The translations under genes were made by a program, and so were the position numbers. From an uncultured Clostridia bacterium (lineage in GTDB: Bacteria > Bacillota > Clostridia > Christensenellales > UBA1242): a stretch of DNA of 51,291 nt. The stretch is from NCBI GenBank assembly GCA_937907645.1, contig CALCWV010000065.1:1-51291 (forward strand), in the 5' to 3' direction. Positions 37,318 to 46,505 of the stretch are shown here, piece after piece. Below the pieces are notes generated by a model. It was not told where the DNA came from. It saw only the letters and a program-made list of their open reading frames with translations, and searched no databases. The number at the start of each line of letters is the position of its first letter. Within the stretch, counting starts at the first letter, position 1.

Positions 37318-38010
37318 TTACAATTTGATATTTTCGTTACTAAGAGTTGTATCATATTCAGCAGAGCGAACTATATTTTCTAAAATTTCAGCAGATGAAA
37401 GTTCACTGAGAGCAAATTTACGATCAATTTCAGAAGCATTTGGATATTCTAAAACAGAGTAAGCTTTTACTCTAGTGCAATCAACATAGCTCATTACAAA
37501 TTCGCCATACGAATCATAGAAAGGTTTTTCATTATATTTTCCAGTAAACTTTGTTCCAAGGTTTTGTGAAACGATTGAATACTCAATTAATGGTGAACGT
37601 CCCTTTACAACGTCGTCATGAGCTTCTTTGATCCATCTCTTTTGAGCTGTAACAACTTGGTCTTTTGTGCTATTAAGAAGAGTTGCAATCTCTTCAATGC
37701 TTCTTCTTTGCCCATCAAGGAATCCATATGAAAGAACTATACACATTCCAGAAAAATCATCCTTTCTTGATAAGTAATTGAGAACTACTCTCTTGATATC
37801 CTCTTTCATGATATATTCATCTTCGTCAAAGCCGTTTTCGTCTTCAATATCGTCAACTCTGTTTGAAATTTGAACTGAATCTGGCAAAGAATCCATTCCA
37901 AATGCTTCCATTGTGCAAATTGGCAATATAGTGTTTTCATTATCCATCATATATTCTTCTTCGACTTCTAACTCTTTTAATTTTCTTTTAAGTTGTGGTA
38001 CTGGTATCAT
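37318..38010 (-). CDS. Sigma-70 region-4-like HTH protein with an acidic N-terminus and an unknown C-terminal domain
   Basis: Residues ~75-130 (VLNYLSRKD...VLSYGFLDGQRRSIEEIATLLNSTKDQVVTAQKRWIKEA) match the sigma70_r4 pattern. I see no region 2. AAGGAAG RBS. Confidence 0.65.
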   Translation of the reverse strand: MIPVPQLKRKLKELEVEEEYMMDNENTILPICTMEAFGMDSLPDSVQISNRVDDIEDENGFDEDEYIMKEDIKRVVLNYLSRKDDFSGMCIVLSYGFLDGQRRSIEEIATLLNSTKDQVVTAQKRWIKEAHDDVVKGRSPLIEYSIVSQNLGTKFTGKYNEKPFYDSYGEFVMSYVDCTRVKAYSVLEYPNASEIDRKFALSELSSAEILENIVRSAEYDTTLSNENIKL

Positions 38011-38068
38011 TTTTATATCTTCCTTTTATCTTTGTTTTCTCTTATTTTAACCGATAAAAGGATGCTTG

Positions 38069-40030
38069 TCAATACTGTTTCAGAATTTCCTTTAATTCTT
38101 TTTCTTCAATTATTCTAACGCCAAATGCTTTAGCCTTTGTGAGCTTTGAACCGGGGTCAGCTCCAACAATTAGGAAGTCTGTTTTTGGGGAAACAGAAGA
38201 TGCAACATTCCCCCCAAGTTCCATTATTTTGTCCGACATTCCTTCTCTGCTGTAACCCTCAATTTTTCCAGTAATAACAACTTTTTTACCTGTAAAAATC
38301 GTTTCTATTTGCGGTTTCTTTTCTGGATAGATAATTTCTACACCCGCATCAAATAAACACAGAATTTCGGCGATATTGTTGTCATTTGCAAAGAATTCAA
38401 GTATATTTCTCGTGATTACATCTCCAATATCTACAATTTGATTGAGTCTGCGATATCTTGCGTGAATTAAGTCGTCGATGCTTTCAAAATTCTTTGATAA
38501 ATCTCTTGCCGTCTTGATTCCAACTTCCAAGATTCCAAGAGAGAAGATAAATCTAAAAAATTCAACTTTCTTTGACTTTTGAATAGCATTAATTAGGTTT
38601 TCTGCTCTTAATTCTCCAAATCTATCAAGTTTAAGTAAATCGTCTTTTTCTAGCTTATAAAACATAGAAACGTCGCATATGCCGAGTTTTTCATATAAAA
38701 GCTCAATTGTTTTTTCTGAGAGTCCGTCAATATTCATTCCATCTCTTGATGCAAAATGTGTAAGCCTTTGAACAACTTGATCTTTGCAATCATAGAAATT
38801 TGGACAGAATATGAGTGGTCCTTTTTTCACAAGTTCACTTCCACAGCATGGGCAGGTCTTTGGCTCAACAATTGGCTTAGCATTCTTGCCCTCTTCAGCA
38901 AGCCCCAAAATTTCTGGGATGACTTCATTACTTCTTCTGATAAAAACACGGCTACCGATTGAAACTTTCTTTCTTTCGATATCTTCAATGTTATTTAATG
39001 TTGCTCTTTTGATAATAGCCCCTGCTAGTTCAATAGGTTCAACTTCTGCAATTGGAGTAATTTTTCCCGTTCGACCAACTTGCCAAACGACGTTATTCAA
39101 AGTGGTTGTGAGCTCCTGCGCTTCAAACTTATATGCTATAGCCCATTTTGGAAATTTATTTGTATATCCGACAGTGGCACGCTCTTTGACGTTGTTCATT
39201 TTTAAGACCATTCCGTCAATCATGATATCAAGTTTGCCCTTGATTTTGTCTATTCTCTCAATTTCCTTTTCTGCTTCTTCAATTGTGGAAAAAGTTTTGA
39301 AATAGTCCCCAACATTAAAACCATTTTCCTTTAGGAAATTGTGCATTTCTATCTGCGAGTTAAATTCCTTTCCATCGCACTTAAGAATTGAGTAGCAGAA
39401 GAAATCTAATCTCCTTTTTGCCGTTTCCTTTGGGTCTAAATTTCTAATAGCTCCAGCAACTCCATTTCTTGCATTTTTAAGAGGTTCTTTTGCCTTTTCG
39501 TTATATTTTTTCAGAGCGCTTTGCGTCATCATTCCTTCGCCTTGAACAATGAGCTTTCCTTTGAATGGAATTTCAAGCGGCAAGGATCTTATAGTCTTAA
39601 CTTGAGCGGTGACATCCTCTCCGACCATTCCATTCCCTCTTGTTGTTGCGGATTTATATTTTCCATCCTCATATTCTATAACTAATTGCAATCCATCAAA
39701 CTTATATTCCAATGTAAATATCGTATCTGGTGCATATTCCTTCATATCGTGAATCCACTTATCTAATTCTTCAGTCGATCTAACCTTGTTTAAACTATAC
39801 AGTCTGACTTCATGGACCTTCTTTTTAAATCCGGATAAAACATCTCCCCCAACTCTTTGCGTTGGAGAATTTGGAAGAACTAAATTAAGCTCTTTCTCTA
39901 AATCTACAAGTTCATAATAGAGTTTATCATATTCGACATCGGATATGGTTGGGTTGTCTAATTCATAGTAGTTTCTATTGTGAATTTCAATCTCTTTTAT
40001 GAGCTCTTCCATTCTCTTTCTTTTATCCAT
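38069..40030 (-). CDS. ligA: NAD-dependent DNA ligase
   Basis: KFDG adenylation motif (EYKFDGL), four-Cys zinc finger (CPCCGS...CPN..C), HhH region and C-terminal BRCT. Confidence 0.95.
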   Translation of the reverse strand: MDKRKRMEELIKEIEIHNRNYYELDNPTISDVEYDKLYYELVDLEKELNLVLPNSPTQRVGGDVLSGFKKKVHEVRLYSLNKVRSTEELDKWIHDMKEYAPDTIFTLEYKFDGLQLVIEYEDGKYKSATTRGNGMVGEDVTAQVKTIRSLPLEIPFKGKLIVQGEGMMTQSALKKYNEKAKEPLKNARNGVAGAIRNLDPKETAKRRLDFFCYSILKCDGKEFNSQIEMHNFLKENGFNVGDYFKTFSTIEEAEKEIERIDKIKGKLDIMIDGMVLKMNNVKERATVGYTNKFPKWAIAYKFEAQELTTTLNNVVWQVGRTGKITPIAEVEPIELAGAIIKRATLNNIEDIERKKVSIGSRVFIRRSNEVIPEILGLAEEGKNAKPIVEPKTCPCCGSELVKKGPLIFCPNFYDCKDQVVQRLTHFASRDGMNIDGLSEKTIELLYEKLGICDVSMFYKLEKDDLLKLDRFGELRAENLINAIQKSKKVEFFRFIFSLGILEVGIKTARDLSKNFESIDDLIHARYRRLNQIVDIGDVITRNILEFFANDNNIAEILCLFDAGVEIIYPEKKPQIETIFTGKKVVITGKIEGYSREGMSDKIMELGGNVASSVSPKTDFLIVGADPGSKLTKAKAFGVRIIEEKELKEILKQY

Positions 40031-40040
40031 ATTTTCTCCT

Positions 40041-42194
40041 TTAATCTATTATCTCCAATGGAGCTAATTCTAGCATTAAACTTTTAATTCCAAAGCCTTC
40101 AAATTCGATATCAGCAACTAGCCCGTCGCTGGTTATATCCCTTATGACTCCTTCGTCATATTTAGGATGACGCACTCTCTGTCCTACTTTGTAAATTGAA
40201 ACGTCTTTTTTAGACTTTTCTTCCTTTTCCACTGCATTTGTTCTAAATAGCCCCATCATTGAGGTTCTAGGTATGAAAGTTTCAGTCGCTTGCTGTTTTA
40301 TTTTTTCTTTTTTCACAAGTCCAAGCTCTTTTATAAATCTACTTGGAAGTTCAAATCTCGTTTGACCGTAAATATATCTTTTCCCGCAATATGTCACATA
40401 TAAACGTTCTTCGGCACGTGTGACAGCAACGTACATAAGACGCCTTTCTTCTTCCAAATCGGCATTCTTTCCGAGCGCCCTTGCACCAGGGAAAATTCCC
40501 TCTTCAGCTCCCACAACGAAAACTACTTTAAACTCCAAGCCTTTGACAGCGTGAACAGTTGCAATTGTGACAGATCCTTCTTCTCCAACGTTGTCCGTGT
40601 CAGCAATAAGCGTGATGCTCTCAAGATAATCGGATAGTGTTGCATTTTCATTTTTATCCTCAAACTCTTTCACTGATGCAACAAAACTGTCTATGTTCAT
40701 AAGCTTGTCGAGCTCTTCATTTAATTTAGGATTAAAAGCAGATCTTATATCAAATCCTGTTAAAACTTTTTTAACAAACTCTGTTAATCCAAGCGTATTC
40801 TGCATTTCCTTTAAATTATTGTAGGTGTCAATGAAAAGTTGAAGTTTTTTATAAAGAGCACTTTCGCTTTTCATGTCGTCAGAAAGTATCGTTTCAAGCA
40901 GTCTTCTATTTCCCGCAATATACTTTATTTTTCCGACTCCGCCGTCACCAATCCCCCTTCTTGGGAAGTTGATTATTCTCTCCAAAGACACATCATCCTT
41001 TGGATTTACAAATAGCCTCAAATATGCTATTACATTTTTAATTTCTGACCTTTCAAAAAACTTAAATCCGCCATAAATTTTATGAGCTATATTATAGCTT
41101 AGCAAGGATTCTTCAAAACTTCGAGAAAGAGCGTTAACTCTCATGAGAATCGCAAAGTCGTTTGGCTTATATCCCTTACCCATAAGCTGAACTATCATTC
41201 TAGCAACATAGTCTGCTTCATCCCTCTCGTCGTAAGCTGGATAAAGCACTGGCACTTCGCCCGCACTCTTCTCTGTCCAAAGTCTTTTCTCAAGTCTAGT
41301 GGTGTTATTTTTAATCAAACAATTTGCTAAATTCAATATATCCGGAGTGCTTCTGTAATTTCTCTCAAGCTTAAATATTTTCACATCATTAAAATCTCTT
41401 TTGAAGTTGAAGATGTTTTTGAAATTAGCTCCTCTCCAAGAATAAATACACTGATCCTCATCTCCAACTGCAAATATGTTCTTATGCACACTTGCAAGCT
41501 GTTTTAATAATTCATATTGCACGATATTAGTGTCTTGAAACTCGTCCACAAGAATATATTTAAATCTGTTTGCATAGTAACTTAAAACTTCGGGATGAGT
41601 TTTAAAAAGTGTGTAAGTTTTGATAAGCAGATCATCAAAGTCAAGCGCATTGTTGGCTTTCAAAATTTCCTCATATCTTCTCATAGCTTTTAAGATAGTT
41701 TCAAACTCTTCATCCTCTTCATTGCTTGCATATTCTTCCAAAGATAAAATTCCGTTCTTCCAGTTGGAAAGGTGCATCGACAAGCTCTTTTTGATCTTAT
41801 CGTCATCTTCTCCAAGTTCCGCCAAAACATCTTTTTTCACCTTATCGGAGTCAGTCTCTGAATAAATTGAAAAAGCTGGATTATAGCCCATTTTGTCTAT
41901 ATCTCTTCTAAGTATTCTCGCGCACATTGCGTGAAATGTGGAAATCCAAATATCCTCAGCTCCCGTTGTCATATTGCTAATTCTTTCCTTCATTTCATTT
42001 GTAGCTTTGTTTGTAAAAGTAATTGCAAGAATGTTGTATGGGCTGACGCCTTTTTCCATAATATACACAATTCTGTGTGTCAAAAGTCTAGTTTTTCCGC
42101 TTCCGGCTCCAGCCGTAACTAAAACAGCTCCTTCAGTCTGCAAAAGGGGCTTCATTTGCTCTTCATTCAATGTTGATAAATCATAACTACTCAT
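40041..42194 (-). CDS. pcrA: ATP-dependent DNA helicase PcrA
   Basis: Walker A AGAGSGKT, DEFQDT, YRST and VHAVKGLEF motifs. It is followed directly by ligA. Confidence 0.93.
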   Translation of the reverse strand: MSSYDLSTLNEEQMKPLLQTEGAVLVTAGAGSGKTRLLTHRIVYIMEKGVSPYNILAITFTNKATNEMKERISNMTTGAEDIWISTFHAMCARILRRDIDKMGYNPAFSIYSETDSDKVKKDVLAELGEDDDKIKKSLSMHLSNWKNGILSLEEYASNEEDEEFETILKAMRRYEEILKANNALDFDDLLIKTYTLFKTHPEVLSYYANRFKYILVDEFQDTNIVQYELLKQLASVHKNIFAVGDEDQCIYSWRGANFKNIFNFKRDFNDVKIFKLERNYRSTPDILNLANCLIKNNTTRLEKRLWTEKSAGEVPVLYPAYDERDEADYVARMIVQLMGKGYKPNDFAILMRVNALSRSFEESLLSYNIAHKIYGGFKFFERSEIKNVIAYLRLFVNPKDDVSLERIINFPRRGIGDGGVGKIKYIAGNRRLLETILSDDMKSESALYKKLQLFIDTYNNLKEMQNTLGLTEFVKKVLTGFDIRSAFNPKLNEELDKLMNIDSFVASVKEFEDKNENATLSDYLESITLIADTDNVGEEGSVTIATVHAVKGLEFKVVFVVGAEEGIFPGARALGKNADLEEERRLMYVAVTRAEERLYVTYCGKRYIYGQTRFELPSRFIKELGLVKKEKIKQQATETFIPRTSMMGLFRTNAVEKEEKSKKDVSIYKVGQRVRHPKYDEGVIRDITSDGLVADIEFEGFGIKSLMLELAPLEIID

Positions 42195-42200
42195 GTATTT

Positions 42201-42229
42201 ATTTTAACATATTAAAAAAAAATAGTAAA
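42201..42229 (-). promoter_or_regulatory. Extended -10 promoter of pcrA, predicting a leaderless mRNA
   Basis: On the minus strand: TTTACT, 17-nt spacer ending in TGT, TAAAAT (42206-42201). The ATG A at 42194 is exactly 7 nt after the -10 box and there is no SD. Confidence 0.5.
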
Positions 42230-42258
42230 TCATAATTACTACTTTCTTTATGTAAATT

Positions 42259-42597
42259 TTAACTTAAAGCCCTTATCTTCTCCTTGTTTCCGTCTAGCTT
42301 TTTTCTAAACTTAGCATATTTCTCAATAGTGTCCAAGAGATATTTTTCCCTGCTTTGTGGATTAAGTTTTAAAAAGTATTCATTGTCCATTAATTTGCTA
42401 AATGGATTAAGTAAATCCTCCTCCCCAAGTGAATTTGCCCTATCGTTAAATTCGATGTCATCATTAGATATGATTTTGAATTTAACATTTGCAGCGTAAA
42501 CATTCTTTTTATCCTTGTTTAGTCCCGCTGTGTTATCTCTATTGATAAGCCTATTTCTCGCTCTTACAGCTAATCTTTTTAAAACTTGATTCCCCAT
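42259..42597 (-). CDS. Hypothetical protein (112 aa, basic)
   Basis: ORF with an AAGGAGA RBS. I recognise no family. Confidence 0.6.
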   Translation of the reverse strand: MGNQVLKRLAVRARNRLINRDNTAGLNKDKKNVYAANVKFKIISNDDIEFNDRANSLGEEDLLNPFSKLMDNEYFLKLNPQSREKYLLDTIEKYAKFRKKLDGNKEKIRALS

Positions 42598-42928
42598 ATT
42601 TTCTCCTTTTTCTGTTCTATTTGAACGTTATAAAAAGTGTACAAAATAAAAGGGATTTATCAAAACGATATCGCCCTAGAAAAATGTCGAAAAGGATCTA
42701 TAAATGGAGGGTGAAAGAAAGCTCGTTACTTTTTCTAGTTTTTATTGCAAAAATCACTCGTTTTATTAATTTTTTCGAATAAAAAAATTGAAAAATATTT
42801 TATTGCTAACTGTTAATATTTTTAATAAATAAAACATATTTGCAAAATAATTAAATTTAATATTAAATAAAACCTCCATATACCGAATTTTTAATTAAAA
42901 GTGCAAAAAATAGCTATTTGTTTTAAAT

Positions 42929-42956
42929 AAAAAAAACGAGCATACGCCCGTTTTTT
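42929..42956 (-). terminator. Intrinsic terminator of the U32 peptidase gene
   Basis: ACGGGC/GCTCGT-type stem immediately after the stop codon, flanked by an A-run and a T-run. The stem is nearly the same as that of the 3481-3506 terminator. Confidence 0.7.
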
Positions 42957-42958
42957 AA

Positions 42959-44146
42959 TTATCTTCTTAAAATATCTCCTGGATGTAAAATAAGCCCGTT
43001 AGCTTTAAATGAAACAACTTGTTTTGCGACATTTGCAACACTTATGCTTTCGCCGTTTTCATTTCTGAGATCCTCAACAACAATTCTTTTCTTGAAAACA
43101 TCGCTGTTTGGGCTTAACACTTCAAGCTCCGCACCGACCTTGAAATTATTTCGCTGTTCAACGATTAATCTATCGGCCTTGCATCCAAGCACAACTCCGA
43201 CAAACTCACTTGTTTGAACAGGCATTGAGTCTTCCAAAAATTCCTTGTCGTCTGCTCCAAACATAAAGCCCGTTGTGTATCTTCTGTGACTTGTTTTTTC
43301 AAGCTCCGTGATAATATCTTCACTTGGTGCACTAGGAAGCATATCGATAGCTTTTCTGTATGCATTTACAACAGTTGCAACGTAGTAAGCAGATTTCATT
43401 CTTCCCTCAATCTTTAAACTGTCAACTCCCGCATCTTTGAGCTCTTGGAGATGTCTAACTAAATTCATATCTTTTGAGTTGAAAATATATGTTCCACGTT
43501 CGTCCTCTTGAACTTCGTTTTCATTCTCTCTTGAAACTTCCCTAATCATGTATTTCCAGCGGCAGCATTGCACGCACTCGCCGTGATTTGCGTCCCTTCC
43601 TGTGAGGTAGTTTGAAAGAAGACAGCGGCCTGAATATGAGATACACATTGCGCCATGAACAAACGCCTCGATCTCAACTTTTGGATCTAAATTTTTGCGA
43701 ATATTTTTAATTTGCTCAATAGTGAGCTCTCTCGCTAAAACGATTCTCTTCACTCCCATGTCGGCAAAGAACTTAGCAGACATTGAATTGATTACATTTG
43801 CTTGTGTGCTAACATGAACATCTAAGCTTGGAGCATTCTGACGAATGTAGTAAATGAGCCCGATATCCGCAACGATAACGCCGTCTACTTTCGCATCCTG
43901 CAAAACTTTCAAATATTCGTCAAGCCCAACAAAGTCTTCATCTTTTGCAATAATATTTATTGTCACGTAAACTTTCTTCCCCAAAGAGTGTGCTTCTGTG
44001 CAAGCAGATTTAATTTCTTCGTTGGAAAAATTGCCCGCAAAAGCTCTTAGTCCGAAAGTTTTGCCAGCCAAATAAACGGCGTCCGCACCATAATACATCG
44101 CCATTTTAAATTTTTCATAGTTTCCAGCAGGTGCCAATAATTCCAT
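42959..44146 (-). CDS. Peptidase U32 family protein
   Basis: MELLAPAGN N-terminus and the U32 core E.FVHGAMC.SYSGRC.LS. 395 aa. Confidence 0.88.
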   Translation of the reverse strand: MELLAPAGNYEKFKMAMYYGADAVYLAGKTFGLRAFAGNFSNEEIKSACTEAHSLGKKVYVTINIIAKDEDFVGLDEYLKVLQDAKVDGVIVADIGLIYYIRQNAPSLDVHVSTQANVINSMSAKFFADMGVKRIVLARELTIEQIKNIRKNLDPKVEIEAFVHGAMCISYSGRCLLSNYLTGRDANHGECVQCCRWKYMIREVSRENENEVQEDERGTYIFNSKDMNLVRHLQELKDAGVDSLKIEGRMKSAYYVATVVNAYRKAIDMLPSAPSEDIITELEKTSHRRYTTGFMFGADDKEFLEDSMPVQTSEFVGVVLGCKADRLIVEQRNNFKVGAELEVLSPNSDVFKKRIVVEDLRNENGESISVANVAKQVVSFKANGLILHPGDILRR

Positions 44147-44155
44147 ATTTTTCTC

Positions 44156-45214
44156 CTATAAATCTACATTAGGTTTTGCTGTTAAATCAAGTTCGGCAAA
44201 TCCTTTTTTGTCCTTCGCATAATAGTAAGCAGCAGAGCCAATCATTGCAGCATTGTCCGTGCAGTACTTAAGCACTGGATAATAAATTTCTATTCCCTCT
44301 TTCTTGCATCTCTCATCAAGTTTTGCTCTAAGCATAGAGTTCGCTCCAACGCCGCCAGCAATAACAATCTTTTTAAGGCCAGAAAGAAGTGCTGCTTTGA
44401 TAACTTTATCGCAGAGCTCGTCCGTCACACACTCTTCAAAGCTCCTTGCAACGTCCGCCTTTGAATATTCCTCTTTCTTTTGATCCTTATTGTGGATATA
44501 GTTGATAACAGATGTCTTAATTCCACTAAAACTGAAGTTCAAGCTCTTGTGAAGTGAGTTTGAAACGATAAATTTAATGTTATTTTCTCCCTCTTTTGCG
44601 AGCTTGTCAATTTCAGGTCCACCCGGATAAGGTAATCCCAAAACTCTTGCGACTTTATCAAAGCACTCCCCAACTGCGTCGTCAACTGTCGTGCCAAGAA
44701 GTTTTTGTTTGTTGTAGTCACTAATTTTGAGGATTGCGGTGTGTCCACCGCTAACCATGAGGCAGATGAAAGGCGGATTCAACTCTTTGTGCGAAATATA
44801 GTTTGCCGAAATATGCCCGTGAATGTGACTAACTGCAATGAGTGGAAGCTGAAGTGAATATGCCAGTCCTTTTGCAAAGTTAACTCCAACAAGGAGTGCA
44901 CCCATAAGTCCAGCGCCATATGTCACAGCAATAGCATCAAGATCCTCCGCCTTCATATGTGCTTCTTCAAGAGCTTCTAAGTAAAGATTTGAAATTGCTG
45001 TGATATGATTTCTTGAAGCAACTTCTGGGACAACTCCACCGAATCTTCTGTGAATCTCAATTTGAGAGGAAACTTTGTTCGCTAAAACTTCTCTTCCATT
45101 TTTAACAATGGCGATCGCCGTTTCATCGCAGGAAGACTCAATTGACAAAATAACGACGTCTTTTTTGCGTCTTAAATTATCAAATTTCTCTTTTGCAATT
45201 TTAATATATGACAT
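44156..45214 (-). CDS. tsaD: tRNA N6-adenosine threonylcarbamoyltransferase TsaD
   Basis: SIESSCDETA, HIHGH and GGVGAN motifs. GGAGG RBS. Confidence 0.92.
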   Translation of the reverse strand: MSYIKIAKEKFDNLRRKKDVVILSIESSCDETAIAIVKNGREVLANKVSSQIEIHRRFGGVVPEVASRNHITAISNLYLEALEEAHMKAEDLDAIAVTYGAGLMGALLVGVNFAKGLAYSLQLPLIAVSHIHGHISANYISHKELNPPFICLMVSGGHTAILKISDYNKQKLLGTTVDDAVGECFDKVARVLGLPYPGGPEIDKLAKEGENNIKFIVSNSLHKSLNFSFSGIKTSVINYIHNKDQKKEEYSKADVARSFEECVTDELCDKVIKAALLSGLKKIVIAGGVGANSMLRAKLDERCKKEGIEIYYPVLKYCTDNAAMIGSAAYYYAKDKKGFAELDLTAKPNVDL

Positions 45215-45222
45215 ATTTCCTC

Positions 45223-46318
45223 CTATGAAGATTTTCTTAAGTAATCGTTTATGAAAGGTTGGATATCGCCGTCCATAACTGCCTGAACATTGCTAGTTTC
45301 ATAGCCCGTTCTGTGGTCTTTGACAAGAGTGTAAGGACAGAAAACATAGGATCTTATCTGGCTGCCCCATTCTATCTTCTTAATCTCTCCCTTGATGTTT
45401 GCAAGTTTTTCCATTTCTTCCGCTTCTTGCTTTTCAACTAGCTTTGAATACAGCATCTTCATCGCCGTTTCCCTGTTTTGAATCTGAGATCTCTCAGTCT
45501 GGCAAGAAACTACAATTCCTGTTGGAACGTGTGTGATTCTTATAGCTGACTCAGTTTTGTTTACGTGCTGTCCGCCCGCTCCACTTGACCTATATGTGTC
45601 AACCTTCAAGTCCTCAGGACGGATTTGAATTTCCGGTGCTTCATCAATCTCTGGCATAACTTCAACACTTGCAAAGCTTGTGTGTCTGCGTGAGTTTGCA
45701 TCAAAAGGTGAAATTCTAACAAGTCTGTGAACGCCCTTTTCAGCTTTCAAAAATCCATATGCGTTTTCACCTGAAATGAGGAAGGTTATATTCTTAATTC
45801 CAGCGTCATCTCCCGGCAAAATATCAAGGACTTTAAAGTCAAAACCCTCTTTGTTGGCATACATTGTATACATTCTCGTGAGCATATCTGCCCAGTCTTG
45901 AGCTTCTGTTCCACCTGCCCCTGCGTGAATGTTTACAATCGCATTGTTATTGTCATACTTGCCCTTAAGCAAAGTCTGAATTTTAATCTCTTCCATTTTT
46001 GCTGTCAAATCAACAATTCTTGTTTTTAAATCCTCATACATCTCATCTTCGCCCATTTCGCAAAACTCAATGAGTGTATCAATATCCCCAAATTCATTTT
46101 CTAAGTTTTTAACAAGCTCAATTTTCCCTTCCGCTTGCTTGTATTTTTTTCCAATTTCACTGACTCTCGCCTGATCGCTGTAAAAGTCAGGTTCTGCCTG
46201 CAATTTTTTATACTCCTCTAATTTTTCTTTGCAACCTTCTGGGTCAAAGACACTCCTTTATAAATGTAAAGTCGTTTTTCAAATTCTTAACTTGTTCTTT
46301 CTCAATATCTACTATCAT
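45223..46318 (-). CDS. prfB: Peptide chain release factor 2, expressed through a programmed +1 frameshift
   Basis: Frame 0 is ATG 46318...CTT TGA (46249-46244), 25 codons. The +1 frame from GAC (46245) joins the 326-aa tracked ORF. SPF and GGQ motifs are present. Confidence 0.9.
46243..46258 (-). promoter_or_regulatory. RF2 autoregulatory +1 frameshift site
   Basis: The minus strand reads AAGGAG-TGT-CTT-TGA-C, which has an internal SD-like AGGAG 3 nt before the CUU UGA C slippery/stop context. Confidence 0.9.
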
Positions 46319-46341
46319 ATCTTCTCCTATAATCGTTTACT

Positions 46342-46370
46342 ATTATACAAATTTTATTCGTCAAAGTCAA
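46342..46370 (-). promoter_or_regulatory. Consensus extended -10 promoter of prfB
   Basis: On the minus strand: TTGACT, 17-nt spacer ending in TG, TATAAT. Confidence 0.75.
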
Positions 46371-46451
46371 CTTGTTTTCTCCCGTCGCAAGTTTTTGATT
46401 TAAATTATTTCAAGCTTTCAATCCCCCACCCTTATTCAAACAAAAAAGTGA

Positions 46452-46491
46452 GAAAAAACATATTGACCTAGAAAAGTCAATATGTTTTTTA
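46452..46491. terminator. Terminator downstream of the giant surface protein gene
   Basis: Perfect 11-bp stem AACATATTGAC/GTCAATATGTT flanked by an A-run and a T-run. Confidence 0.8.
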
Positions 46492-46505
46492 GTCGGGGCT
46501 ATTAT

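Noticed and set aside
46229-46471. An 80-aa plus-strand ORF in the prfB upstream region.
   Set aside because: It is opposite the prfB frame-0 exon, promoter and leader, has AT-rich low-complexity composition, and has no RBS.
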